Notes under the pieces: generated by a model
Database searches by the model: none
Seen by the model: only the letters and a program-made list of their open reading frames with translations
What the model was told of the DNA's origin: nothing
Source: Hormiphora californensis
Taxonomy: Eukaryota; Animalia; Ctenophora
Direction of reading: 5' to 3'
Assembly (NCBI GenBank): GCA_020137815.1
Contig: CM035361.1
Span: 5,270,001-5,334,000, forward strand
Length of the DNA stretch: 64,000 bases
Translations under genes and position numbers: made by a program
Part shown: one piece after another, positions 26,461 through 59,859 of the stretch
How positions within the stretch are numbered: the stretch's first letter is position 1
Layout of the letters: every line of letters starts with the position of its first letter

Positions 26461-27062
26461 TCATTTTCCAGGGACCCTAGTGTACTTACTAATTTTGTAG
26501 TTCTTAGCATAGGTAACATGCAGCTTTCTCAAGGCTTTGTTGTACACCACCCTAAGTGAATCATCATTCTCTCCTGCGCCCAAGGATATTGGACCAGACT
26601 CAACGCCTGTCGAGTAACTCATCACGCATTCATAGTCACTAGTAGGCCAGGAATCATATCCTACCCATAGAGCAAGGGTGAACTCGTCAAAACTTCCTGG
26701 CTCATCGAACTGCTGGATCGCATAGTTAACCGTGTTTGCCGTAGATGGAAACTGCATCTCTTGAATACACCTCTCTGGAAATAAAGATATTTAGAGGATC
26801 CAAACAGTGTGCCTCAACCAAAGGCTTTACCAGGTGATTTTTTCTTTCATACTTTAACCCAGCACAGCATAAGAGTGGGTAAACATTCAGCCGACAAAAA
26901 GGGGTAAGGGAACCACTTTGTCCACTTTAGTTCGAGTAAAATTCAAAATCAGGCATTATTACCTTTTGCATGGCTCCCTGGTAGCACAATCAAGAAGGTC
27001 GCCACAAATCCCAACAACATGGCTCTAGTAAGGCTATTACATACGAAAAGGGTTGATACCAT
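26461..27062 (-). CDS. Secreted pentraxin/LamG-like protein (exons 26963-27062 and ~26461-26774; 3' end uncertain)
   Basis: Hydrophobic signal MLLGFVATFLIVLPGSHA; MQFP...NYA...FDEFTLALWV...VMSYS resembles a pentraxin N-terminal half. Confidence 0.55.
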
Positions 27063-27633
27063 GATTACTCATTGTGACGCTGACGACTGAGTTACTGGTA
27101 TGAGTTATGACCCCTTATATGATAGTGTGCACGTGCGTATGAGAGAGGAAACAAAGGAGCATGTGATATTGTCGCGAATTGATCACGAGATTTTGAGCTT
27201 TACGGTTTTGCAGTAGCTTGTAGCATACAATGAGACAAAGGGATTACAGTACCTTTGCTTTTGACCAAGATATATTCTACACGCTCCCTTTTCTCGATAA
27301 ATGGCTTTGTTTCTATTGATAAAGATGCAATATCTGCTGACTTCTTGAACAATGAACAATCCGAGATTTTCAAGATGCAATATATGTTGACTTAAATACT
27401 GAATATGTTAACATTGTTCAAACAATATCAGAGAAATTCAAAATGAAACGAGTGCTACGATCGTTCAATCCAACGTCACTTTTCATGCATAAAGTACGAA
27501 ACTCAGATCAGCTACAATTATTTTCAAAAGGAACGGTAATAGAGTTTTGTGAATCTGCTACATAGACAATATTCAATAACGATATGAATGTCTAAAAGGT
27601 TTCTTGCGCTAGAAATCCGGTGATCGTACAGGT

Positions 27634-28226
27634 TTAACAGGCGTATCCCACAGCCACCCAAGTAATACTCCACTCAAGGTCCCTTGCTTCCTGTACAGAG
27701 GCTGTTGCACCCTTAATGTTGACATAGACTCGGAAGGATTTATCAGTAACATGAAATGTGGCAGATCCTCCTGCGGAGAGAAATAATGGCGATTTTTCTC
27801 TATTTCTCTATTTTTCTTTAAATTTCTTTTTCTCTCTCCATCTCTCTCTCTTTCGTTCATATAACTTTCTCCATACCTCTTGCCGTCCAATGTTTCCAAT
27901 TTCCGTTGAGAGTGGTCACCACGTTTGGTGCAGCAACAAATTCACATCTACTCATGTCGATATCGGTATGCATGCCCTCTGTACTAAAGTCAGTCCAGTT
28001 TGTGTCGCCTCTACCTGAAAGTGTGTTAGCATTGGAATGAGAAATATTTAAGTAAACTCGTATTGGTCAACCTATCGAAGTGATGAATGATGATTTTAAA
28101 ACCTGTCGTTCCGGAGCAAGTCCTCACGCAAATACTCCGTCCCTCAGTACCATCGTCGTCATTTAGAAGTACAGTATCACCGCGTACAAGCGCTATCGCC
28201 AGAAGAAGGAAAGATGCTCGTATCAT
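27634..28226 (-). CDS. Secreted 132-aa H-type-lectin-like protein, 3 exons (28103-28226, 27877-28014, 27634-27770)
   Basis: Clean GT-AG splicing, 399 nt. MIRASFLLLAIALVRG...CSGTTGRGDTNWTDFSTEGMHTDIDMSRCEFVAAPNVVTTLNGNWKHWTARGGSATFHVTDKSFRVYVN...EWSITWVAVGYAC*. Confidence 0.75.
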
Positions 28227-28862
28227 TGTCAAGAAATGAAAATAAAAGCGCATATTTCTGGGTTATATTTTCATCTCATTGGATAATCGAATCATAAGGG
28301 AGTTTTTGAATTTCACCAACCTCCGTAAATAAACATTCTCGTAGTACCCGAGCTAGTAAGGTCGAAAATAGGAGAGAGAAAAGAGGCGCCACCAGCGTCC
28401 AGCATGCCCAATAATGTTCCCTCTTTTGAGATACCTAGAGGCTGGATGCCCGGGAGCGTTAAAGAAAATAACGGTGGGATAAGGAATTCTAGACTGACCC
28501 CTTTTCAATGTAGAGTTCAGCTGCTCTCATTCCAGTACTTATGAGAGTGTTAAAAATGGTGCGGCTGAGCGCTAGAAATTAGCGCTCTGAATCTGTTGTT
28601 TTCGAATATTTTTCTACACGACAAAAAATCTGAAAAAAGAGAAGTAAAGATAAACTTGGGTTTATTAAAATATGAACGAACTTGGTAAAGGATATCTTGG
28701 TTGGTAACTTGTAATGGGGGGGGGGTATGACATGATTTGAGATGATGTTTTGAGGCTTTCTCTTTTCTTACCATTATTCGTATCCACTATAATATCAGCG
28801 AATACTATGCGTCCCGTGGATTTGTGCATCCTCACCGCATCCCCTTTGCTGTGACACAAAAT

Positions 28863-29214
28863 TGTAATAAACAAGGTAAACACGAGGTATTTTGGTACTT
28901 TGGAAAACAAATTTACCGTAGCTTTCAATTACACTGGGGTAATCTTCATCAGCGGAAAGGGTGAATGGGTTGAGTGGTGGGTATAAATACCCAGGGTGTG
29001 ATTGGATTGGGTGACAGGGTGGAGACGAGATAGGGTGGTGAGCTGGGTTGTTGTGGTATGATGAGAGGGGGGGATGAGAGCAGGGAGGGAGAGGGGGGCT
29101 ACAGCTGTGATACGTGAGACGGGTTAGTGGCAGGGGGAGTGGGGACGGAGGGAGACTGGAAGGCGGGGATATTGGCACTACGGGGGTTGAAGGAGGATGC
29201 AACAATGGGGAGGA
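28863..29214 (-). mobile_element. Penelope-like pseudo-LTR fragment / retrozyme-like insertion
   Basis: C-rich stretch, CCAAT, GGGTATTTATACCC, then a hammerhead motif; no GT-AG ends. Confidence 0.65.
28912..28958 (-). ncRNA. Minimal type I hammerhead ribozyme
   Basis: Minus strand TTTCCG-CTGATGA-A-GATTAC-CCCAGT-GTAATT-GAAA-GC-TA-CGGTAAA: conserved core, 6-bp stem II, palindromic AGCT stem III, stem I CCG/CGG. Confidence 0.7.
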
Positions 29215-29758
29215 TGTATAAATCTGTTCATTCTGGGTGAGACCTGTAGTGAGGGTCCCGCATAACTTTTGGCTAGATCCATTAGCAACTACAGACACTA
29301 ATACGTTGTTATGGTCTGCTATACAAGAATTCCAGTTGTTTAGAGAGGCATAGCACCATCCATTTCCAACATTAGCACTAGCCCACCAGTCGGTGTAAAA
29401 CCTGTAGTAAATAATGACTTTGTGGATGTAATGTAGAGCCCCTAAGTCCATCTGCACCCATCTAGATCCATCAGCTGCATATGTGGCACCACTGTTTGTC
29501 GAGACATCTTGATCTATAAAATGTGAAGGAGGCCGGTCCAGTGGATAGGGTGTATCAGAAACAGACACATTTTTAGGGGATATCTGACCAGAATTCAGCA
29601 GCAACTTTGGACCTGCGATGATATGATTGAAAAGACGTGCATTCATATTAATTTAATAATTTGATTGTGTATTCTTACCGAACAATGCTCCGACTACTAA
29701 GTTACTAATTGAACAAAATATCAGGAGATACGACATTATATTATTCAGATATATATAA

Positions 29759-30204
29759 CTAGAAAGCCCATTGTTAAGTCCTACAACAGCCACCCCCCCC
29801 CACCCCGTCTCTATGTCCCCCCTCTCACTGTTCGTCTCTCCATGTCGGGATAAAGAATACGGAGGTTGGTAGTGGTAGAGCGCTGGCGATAAACATCAAG
29901 GGAAATTCCGCTGAATAACATGTAGAATCGGGTGATAAAGATCCGTAGAATTGTAGCTGTGTAGAGAATCAAGGGGGTACGTAGGTAGAAAGGCTTTGGC
30001 AATCATGGCGGCCCCAGTAGTAGATCCCAAAACACCAACAACAACAACCACAGGAACACACAACAAACAACCAATAACATGCACGTGCAGTATCCCCCCT
30101 CCAATACCCCTCCCAAGCCACCTCCCAGGGCAACCCCCACTATTTGCACGTGTGGATACTACATCACCACCATCACGCCACGCATTTGTACTTTATAATA
30201 AGGA
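29759..30204 (-). mobile_element. Non-autonomous Helitron, copy A
   Basis: Minus strand A|TC...CTAG|T termini; near-identical to 30932-31380. Confidence 0.75.
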
Positions 30205-30630
30205 TAGAGGTTTGTCTGGTTTAAGTAAAGAGCAAGGCAAATAGAGGTCGTGATGCTCAGGAGCGTTAAGTGATTATCGGTGTCTATAACCGTTGCGTCA
30301 GAGTCAAAAAGAAGAAAAAAAAGAGCGGAAACTTTGAGAGTATTACACTTATCTCATTATCTTTATCTTTAACACTTACAAACTCAGTTTTATTAAGGAG
30401 GTTAGACATGATGATGTATAAAAGATGGTTTATAAAAACACGCTCCAGGGACAGTTCTCAAATTTACCTCACACACGTTCGTCGGTACACCTCAGTTCCC
30501 AAGTTTACCACACACTTTATACAACACCACTTCCAGTTCTCTAATGTTAATGCTCTGACCGCGGTTTGAAAGAAATGAGAATAGGGTCAGGCCAATGCTC
30601 TGACAAGTTCTCCACTTTACCGCACACAAC

Positions 30631-33600
30631 TCAGTTCTCCATCGGTTTCAACTGCAACTTCCCCTGCACTCGTTCCTTGTTAACCTCAAAAGTTGAAGGT
30701 GCCGTATCATGAAGAAAGTACTCCGGGTCAATGTGGCTGGTGATTGTACCCGCCCTTGAGCAGGTGTCCATTTCTAGGATCGTCCGGCCGTTCCGGGCAC
30801 CCGGCGGGTTCATTACTCCTGAGGGGGCGGGATAGTTTCAGGTGAAATTTACTGAGCAGATGAGAACTGGTGAAGAGAACTGGTGAAGAGAACTGGTGAG
30901 AATCATCATTGCTTATATCGGGTATATAATACTAGAAAGCCCATTGTTAAGTCCTACAACAGCCACCCCCCCCCCCCACCCCGTCTCTATGTCCCCCCTC
31001 TCACTGTTCGTCTCTCCATGTCGGGATAAAGAATACGGAGGTTGGTAGTGGTAGAGCGCTGGCGATAAACATCAAGGGAAATTCCGCTGAATAACATGTA
31101 GAATCGGGTGATAAAGATCCGTAGAATTGTAGCTGTGTAGAGAATCAAGGGGGTACGTAGGTAGAAAGGCTTTGGCAATCATGGCGGCCCCAGTAGTAGA
31201 TCCCAAAACACCAACAACAACAACCACAGGAACACACAACAAACAACCAATAACATGCACGTGCAGTATCCCCCCTCCAATACCCCTCCCAAGCCACCTC
31301 CCAGGGCAACCCCCACTATTTGCACGTGTGGATACTACATCACCACCATCACGCCACGCATTTGTACTTTATAATAAGGATAGTTTTTTATTAATCTTGG
31401 TAATACCTGACACACGGATGAACAAATCAATAAAGTAGATAACATAGCAGACCACCGTTACTATGACAACATAATCGTACAACGTCTCAGGTATGATCCT
31501 ATCGGAATACATTATCAGCATTAAGCAATAAGGTTAGAACTGTAGGAGCATTGGCCTGGTTGAAATAGAACTGCCACGTACTATAATTCAATTAAAAACA
31601 CTTTCACCTGTGCTTGTTTATTTTCTCATCCACTGTGGAATTTATTTTGGAGATTATCTTAATGAGGTCCTTTGCTAACTTTTCTTCGCGTATCTAACAA
31701 GTTTCAGTGATTAACAGTGCACGCCTTTAGTTGGTAATATAAACCCAAGTTGGGCAAAACATCATTTTGGTACGTTGAGTAGCATAGCGTCCATTCTAAT
31801 AATAAAAGTATGAAAATTCAGATATAATTTATCAATTGGTACACCATGGTATGGGCCAGGAACCGACCGAAACAAGTAAACAACCAATCATAACTCGTTA
31901 TTTAGGTCACGTGACTGGTTATCAGCCAATCAGGGACCAGTATTTCCTGATTCGGTCGGTTCCTGGTATAATGGACCTTACTGTGTCGTAGAAGTGTTTG
32001 GGGAGGGAGGGTATCGTCTCCGTGATTTCCTCATCAAGTTCATCTGCCAAGGTCAGGGCAGTCGCCAACGAATCGTTCGCTTTACTGATTCTGAAATTGT
32101 GGGCAGTCGTGTAGTTGGAATCTTGTCATATATTTGGAAATCAGAACAAAATTAAATTAAGTTAAAAGTAATTGAATTAATCAGGACTCGGAATCCCTTT
32201 GTTTTGAGTGTGGGATTCTTGTCTGGAGAAGGAATGCTTGAATTAAATCCAAAAACAGATTTCGGTGAATTTACATTGATTCAGCTTGTAGAGTTGATTT
32301 GTTGACCATTATACCAATTTCCCTTAGCTGGTTCTCGTAGTAGGTCAACAAGTGTGTGGCAGTTGTGTGACTTTTAGTTGCCTGGAAATTTGAGCTTTAT
32401 AAGGCAATGTCGACTAAAAGGGAAATGACTGTCAGGCCAATTGCAATGTGCTGACCACAGTTCTCGCACGCTCCGGGAATAGGGCCAGGCCAATGCTCTG
32501 ACAAGGAAAATGATGAACCCAGCATTTACCTTGTTCTTCGCTTGAGTGATGTTGATTTCTTTATCTTTGTTCCAGTTCATAAAATCAGTTTTAATCTTCT
32601 CTATACCGTCTTTTACTGCTTGTAAATCTGCACCCGAGTTAGTTGGCACCTGCAAATCTTAGCTCTGGTTTTGTTGGACATTCCCTTTTCCTAACAATCA
32701 ACAATTAGTTGTTTTGCGTCACATATAATATATGGTTTATTTACCAGTTCAATGTAAACTGCCGAGTTATAATCCGATGTTGAAGCGAGGGTAGCGGATC
32801 CGGTTGTCAAACTTAGATAATAAGGCATCCCTCCACCTGGTATAGCTGATAAAATGTTTAATACTCTTTTAGTGAGTGTCACACAGTATCCTAATAATTA
32901 TGGACTAAATTGTAGGTGGGTGTCGGGTGATGGTTACCAAAGAGTTCTACATTTAATTTAAGTTTAATTAGATTTACAAAGACCTACTTATCGTGAGAAC
33001 TGAGTTAGAAGAATCGAAATTCCAAACTACTACGGAGTTAGAGCTCCAATTTGGATCGCATATTCCCACATTCCTTGTCGAAGGAGCATCTGATTTTCCT
33101 CCTGCAATAAAATAAGATACATATTATGAAGACGTTTTAATCTGTGTCATTTCTAATTTTAAGTGATGATTCAACAACCATCTGTCTGACGGCGCCGACC
33201 CCGTTTTGACAGCAGGAACCGACCGAAACAAGTAAACAACCAATCAGAACTCGTTATTTAGGTCACGTGACTGGTTATCAGCCAATCAGGGACCAGTATT
33301 TCCTGATTCGGTCGGTTCCTGGTATATATCAAGAATGTTTGTCTGGTGACGCCGACCCGATCTTAGTGTGTACTGTCGCGAGTATCAAAACAGGGTCGGC
33401 GCCCTTTATATATGTATATAAAGTTCCAAAAAGTTTGCACAATACCGACACAGAGACACCACGGTTGGCCGGCCGTCGATTCACTCTGGCAGAACGTCCC
33501 AGCTGATTTATCCCATGACCACACACCAGGATAATTCGGGCCGATGTTTAGGACTGGATCTGAACCCGACTGAAGAGTAATCACTAATAATCCATATAAT

Positions 33601-35084
33601 AAATTCCATAATGTTAGTCAGTCTGTCCGTTAATTGGTTTTTCAAACACGGGTACCTTGGACCAAGGCGGATGTAAGTACGGGCTGAGATTTTTGATCCG
33701 ATCTTTACAGCAGTGACGTCACGGGGTGACGTCATTGCGACAAAAAGACTTACATTTTTCAAACGCTTCTAAGACCCTGAAAACGGCTCTAAATCAAAAA
33801 ACTAACGCCATAGTGGGGAAAGAGAATCGTTTGAACTTCATTTTACTTAATGGCGATTTCCCGTAACTCAATGTTTAAGGGTCGTAAATCGCGTCGGGAA
33901 AGTTAAAAATGCCAAAAATACGATATTTTTCACCGTAGCCACCCAAAATCTTATCCAATCGATATGAAACTTGGTCGGTATGTGAATTTTAATGTCCTTT
34001 GGCCAGGGGTTCCCGGAAAACGGATTGGCAAGATGAGAACTGACCGGAGTTCTTATAATTCACGAATTTGGAATTTTTCGTAGACTTTTTTTTGCGACAT
34101 AAAACGCGAGGAAATTTTCAATGAATTTTAAAATTAATTTTAGGTTCCGCGCGGCGTAAAAAAGCAGCGCTTTTTTGGGAAAACTCGCGCGTTACAGTAA
34201 ATGATTTACCCGCCTCGCCGTTTTCTCAAAAACCCAATGTGTTTGGGCACGTCGCGCCCCCCATGTTCGCGCGCCCGTAGGGCGATCCCCTCACGGGGTT
34301 GGTCGCTACGCGACCAACCAATGTGTATGATAGTAGGTAAGCGGTAAATACTCACTCGGTTCTTCACATTTTTTGGACGTTTTTGGCCATAACTCAGCCA
34401 TTTCTTGACCAAATTGCAAAATCTTGGGCTCATTGGAAAGAGGACATTAAGAGCTTTCCAATGAGCCCTAGAAAATGAAAATCGGCGCAAAATGCGCGGC
34501 GCTATAGCGAAAACGCGCATTTTGCGCCATAATGCCGCGCATTTTGCGCCAATTTTCGTTTTTTAGGGCTCATTGGAAAGTTCTTAACGTCCTCTTTCCA
34601 ATGAGCCCAAGATTTTGCAAATTGGTCAAGAAATGGCTGAGTTATGGCCAAAAACGTCCAAAAAATGTGAAGAACCGAGTGAGTATTTACCGCTTACCAT
34701 GATAGTAGGAGCGGTTAGATCACCACGTGGTTAAAGTCGCGTGCCACCCCTTTTTGCGCATTGTCATAGCTCGGGTACTCTAGTAACAATAAAGTGAATG
34801 TTTTTAAAAGTTCTTGCATGGATAACAGATAACATAAGATGGAGAACACACTGTCAGGCCAATGCTCTGACTGTTGTTCTCTTTGAAAGAAATGAGAATA
34901 GGGTCAGACCAATGCTCTGACAGCTACAGATATATGGATCTCATCACTTACCTTTGTATCCCAAGAGAGGGCAGAGTTTGTGTAAGGGTTGTATAGGATT
35001 ACATGTAGTGGATCACCCGCAGTTAGGCCCAGTAAACACAAGCAACACAACAACAAGGGGACACATTTTGGGGAACTGCATCAT
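30631..35084 (-). CDS. Uncharacterised single-pass membrane protein (multi-exon)
   Basis: Signal-like MCPLVVLLVFTG(L)TAG exon ending at the GTAAG donor near 34951; helical exons (~32530-32650, 31982-32090, 31608-31693); TM exon YVVIVTVVCYVIYFIDLFI (31407-31498); terminal exon to stop 30631; probable homopolymer errors. Confidence 0.55.
30932..31380 (-). mobile_element. Non-autonomous Helitron, copy B (intronic)
   Basis: Same termini; the only difference I could see from copy A is a poly-C run length. Confidence 0.75.
33591..34783 (+). mobile_element. Non-autonomous Helitron in intron 1 of the membrane-protein gene
   Basis: A|TCCATATAATAAA...CTCTAG|T termini. Confidence 0.65.
34336..34698. 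mobile_element. Mutator-like foldback MITE nested in the Helitron
   Basis: ~165-bp inverted arms ggtaagcggtaaatactcactc...; 9-bp TSD atgatagta. Confidence 0.88.
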
Positions 35085-35575
35085 GTGTACTGCACCAGGG
35101 GGGGTGTTTAGTTTCACAATTTAAAAGATAAGTCTGCTTTACTGTCACATATTGTACAAAGTTGTTGTACCACTCTTCCATTGGAGCCTGGAGCCAGTTC
35201 ACACGAGTCATGAGAAACCGTTGCATGCAGATGCTTGGGTTCTTATTTGATTTTAAAGAATCGATCATCAATCAAAACAAATTGATTTGAAAACAAATTG
35301 ATTTGAAAACAAATAACAATTCAACAGACACAAATCACAATATAACAATAACAAACGAATTTAAACATTTAATTTAGTCTTCTTGGAACAAGTGATATTT
35401 TTACTATTTTTACGGTGTTTACTCGCTAGTCTTGTTCTAACTTCTTATTCTAGTTTAGTTATTCAAATTTGGTAACAAAATAACCCCTTGTAGACTAAGG
35501 CATCGCGGTAGTAAGGCACGTTTTAGCGTGCCCGCAAGGTAAGGGTAATTTCGTTACCAATATTCAAGTCTACTT

Positions 35576-46406
<10,831 letters not shown>

Positions 46407-47134
46407 CTGATTTACCCGTAGTAGTGTTACAAACTCTGAGACATGTTTACAAGTTATGGAGCCAACTCAGCAGTCATTTGTTGAGTACTCAATAACCAGT
46501 CACATAATATTCTATATTGGGAAATGGGAATATATATTTCTATTGCGAGATGGGAAAGATCACAACAAGAGTTTATTTGAGAAATGTTTAGTTATGAGAG
46601 CATAAGTTTCCAAGATCTCTCTTTCTCTCACTGTCTCTCAGTCTCTATCTCTCACTAACTCTTTAACTATCACTCTCACCCTCTATCACTAAAGCTGCGC
46701 TAAAATAGTTGCAATATCCGGGAGCAGACAAATTTAACGTCACACCGTAAGTTCAATAAGGGTAGGCTAGACTGTTATATGGGAGAGAGAGAGGTAGAGG
46801 AAGAGGGAATAGTAGATGAGAAAGTGGAGGTGATATTGAGAAAAAATCGAGGTGATATATGTGTGAGAGGAACGGCAAGAGACTAATCGACATTGTAGTA
46901 CTAAGCGGAGAAGGAGAGATATAGAAAACGAGAGAGACTCAGACAGTGAGAGCGATACAGACAGAGAGTGGGATCAGAGAGAGTGAGAAGAGAGGAAGAG
47001 TGAGAGAAAGGCAGTGAGGAAGAGAGCAATCAAATTTATGATTGAAAACTTTCCTGACCTGGAGCGAAACTGTAATAGCAACGTCTGAGTTATTTAAAGA
47101 ATAAGCTTCTATCTTCATACTCTCCCCCCTCTCT

Positions 47135-47214
<80 letters not shown>

Positions 47215-48352
47215 AAGTTTCACACGTGCCCATACTTAACGTGGTAAGGCTAGGACACCGTGAGATCAGGACACTCTAAGAGAGAATTTCATCACACCTA
47301 CTACATCATTTCCAAGCTGTTATGGTGTTCTCCACCCTTTACTCGACAATTCCAAGTTGTTATGGTGTTCTAAGACCTAATGTGGACAGTTATAGATCGA
47401 ATTAAGATATGTTTAGCCTAATCGTCACATGGCACTGCAGTAGTAGTCACTAAGTTACAGGCCAGTTTGGAGTTGGTGACCAAGTTACCCCTCCCTTGCC
47501 GGCGCTCTTTAGCTAAAGTTTGGAGGTGCACCTGTTGAGTAAAGAGTACTCAACAGGAACCGACCGAACCAAGTAAACAACCAATTAGAGCTCGTTATTT
47601 AGGTCACGTGACTGGTTATCAGCCAATCAGGGACCAGTATTTCCTTATTCGGTCGGTTCCTGGTACTCAACAAGGAGAATTTGGATACCGGATGGATCGG
47701 ATGGTTCGAGCATCTCTCCCTGCATCCTTTTTATCTTTAATATTATCCCCATAAGCCCATAACATAACGGAATCAAAATGCATGCAAGGTTTTGTACAAT
47801 TGTGCCAAAACACAAAAGTGGGTGATTTTGATTTCACTTGTCACACACAATGACAGAAAGGTACGTTGACGTCGCGCGCATTGACACAGAACCAGTATTT
47901 ACCGCGCAGAGCACTGGCAAGTGACTGCAAGCGGGAAATGAGTGCTGATCATGCAGATTTCCCGGAAATGGGCATCTGCAATTTTCCGATATCTCGACAC
48001 AGAATGGGAAAGCCAACATTGATAATGTTCCAACAAAAGAAAACCCGGTAATCAAGATACACTACGGCCCTGACAGAAGAAGCAATTGGAGCATTTCACG
48101 ACCATCGACCAGTTCCGTTTTGTTATAAGAAAGGGAGACGGGTTTTAATTGCAGTAAATGAATCTGAACGGTTAATATACAATAATATACAAATATAAAC
48201 CTCTGGGCTTACAAGAAAAAACAAAAAATATTGTCTGATTTCAGTTAGTCTTTACATGAAATGAAACAGCTTCAAAAATTGTCTTTTTGTCCTCGACCAT
48301 GTCCAAACAATTGCTTTAATTTTCTCTCCTTTCCTCCTTTCCCTCCCTCCTC

Positions 48353-53105
<4,753 letters not shown>

Positions 53106-53266
53106 CTTTCAAACTGCTGAACTTTCTGTCAGGTTACATTGGCCTATACAATTTTAGACATGGTTAGATTTGAATTAAAAACTTATCTCGTGTTTTGACA
53201 CTAATTCAATGTGGAGACAAAAAATCCTTTTCTGGATGAATAAAAATTGAACCACCGAATAATAAA

Positions 53267-53668
53267 TTAACTCGACTTCTTCAGTTTCCTGACAGTACTC
53301 CTAATCTTCCTGTTCGATGCAGTCTTGGCCACTCGGTTCTTGAACCGGGCGAAATCACCGAGCTGAGCCTTGGCGTTCTTGGCGGCGAATTTCTTGACCA
53401 GGGAGGTAGCGGCCAGTTTAGCTTCAACTCCTTCCTTGGCAAGGGCAGTCCTGACAGTCTTGGTTTTGCATCCTCGGGGGATGTTGATTTTAATGTCGGT
53501 AAGGGCAACCTGGTTCAATCGAACGACCTTTCGGCCGAGTCCACCGGGTCCATCAACCATGAGATGTTTCTGGTCCACTAGATCGACGACAACTGCAGAT
53601 TTGCCGACATCATCGCCCAGTCGGATAAAACAAACCCGTCCAATCTCGATGTACCTCTTATACAGCAT
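53267..53668 (-). CDS. RPL14: 60S ribosomal protein L14 (eL14), intronless CDS
   Basis: YKRYIEIGRVCFI..GDDVGKSAVVVDLVDQKHLMVDGP...LGDFARFK. Confidence 0.96.
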   Translation of the reverse strand: MLYKRYIEIGRVCFIRLGDDVGKSAVVVDLVDQKHLMVDGPGGLGRKVVRLNQVALTDIKINIPRGCKTKTVRTALAKEGVEAKLAATSLVKKFAAKNAKAQLGDFARFKNRVAKTASNRKIRSTVRKLKKSS

Positions 53669-54077
53669 CGTTCGGTTTTGGTGAGGCTAATAAGAAGTGA
53701 AATATTAAATTAAACTTAGTAGGATCGGGTTTAGAAACTCAGAATTAATAATTCATGAAAAATTTACGATAAATGCCCCAAAAGTTAGACATGGTTGCGA
53801 GAAATCGAGCAGCCAAGACCTTTTAATAGAATGCTTAGTCAAAGATTTGGTACCAGAACGCCGGTTCAAAATAGCGGAGGCCTTCCCGGAAGACGGCTCG
53901 CGCATTCAGATTTTTGGTTTGCAGTGACTTTTTTCGGTTCCAAATTTCATTTTGCTTCACAAAATTGAATTCGCGCGGCGCGTCACGAACCCAAAATAAA
54001 ATGCAGTGTAAACATATATTTTTCGCGCGCTACAAATGCCCGCAACGCTCCAATAAAATCCCAGATGCTTCAGTTTT

Positions 54078-59306
<5,229 letters not shown>

Positions 59307-59600
59307 CTGTAGATTCAGAAAAATATGAAGAATCATAAAAAACGCTATATTGTGGAGATATTAGACAAGAGAAAGGGTGAGAAAAAAATAAAAATTGTGA
59401 GAGGGAGAGCTCACCATGAGCAGTTCTATTTTTAGTAACGTTATCTCCCTTTTTCTTTACTGCTTCTCTCCATGCATACTTACTCACTCTATTCTATTTT
59501 ATTGCTCATTACACCTAGTCATACTATTATAGCGACGAGAACCAGTTCTCTCTTTCTCTCTCTCTCCACTCCTCTTCTCTCTCTCCTCCTCTAGTCTCTC

Positions 59601-59640
<40 letters not shown>

Positions 59641-59859
59641 TCTCTCTTTTTCCCTCAATACATTGTCTTTATCTCTCCTGATCCGACTCTCTCTCTGACT
59701 ACTTTGGCAAGAACACGCCTCTTATTTTGCGTCTCACATTCTCTCACCATTTCATTTATAGCCTTATTTTGTTACTTAAGAACCACCCTACTAAAACCAG
59801 TTTATTGCTAGTCCTTTCCTTTAATCACCAAAGCAAATTGGGTTATCCGAGTTTAAAAA

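Larger units (their letters stand above)
28772..29736 (-). pseudogene. Secreted F-type-lectin/discoidin-like gene with its main exon interrupted by a 352-bp insertion
   Basis: Exon 1 MSYLLIFCSISNLVVGALF|GTAAG; exon 2 ...WVQMDLGALHYIHKVIIYYR...CGTLTTGLTQNEQIYT, which resumes after 28863-29214 as ILCHSKGDAVRMHKSTGRIVFADIIV. Confidence 0.6.

Noticed and set aside
29866-29915. tRNA-like A-box (tggtagtggtagagcg)
   Set aside because: No B-box or cloverleaf; lies inside the Helitron
29759-31380. LTR retrotransposon suggested by the direct repeats
   Set aside because: No TG..CA ends, PBS or gag/pol; termini are Helitron-type and the interior is a host exon
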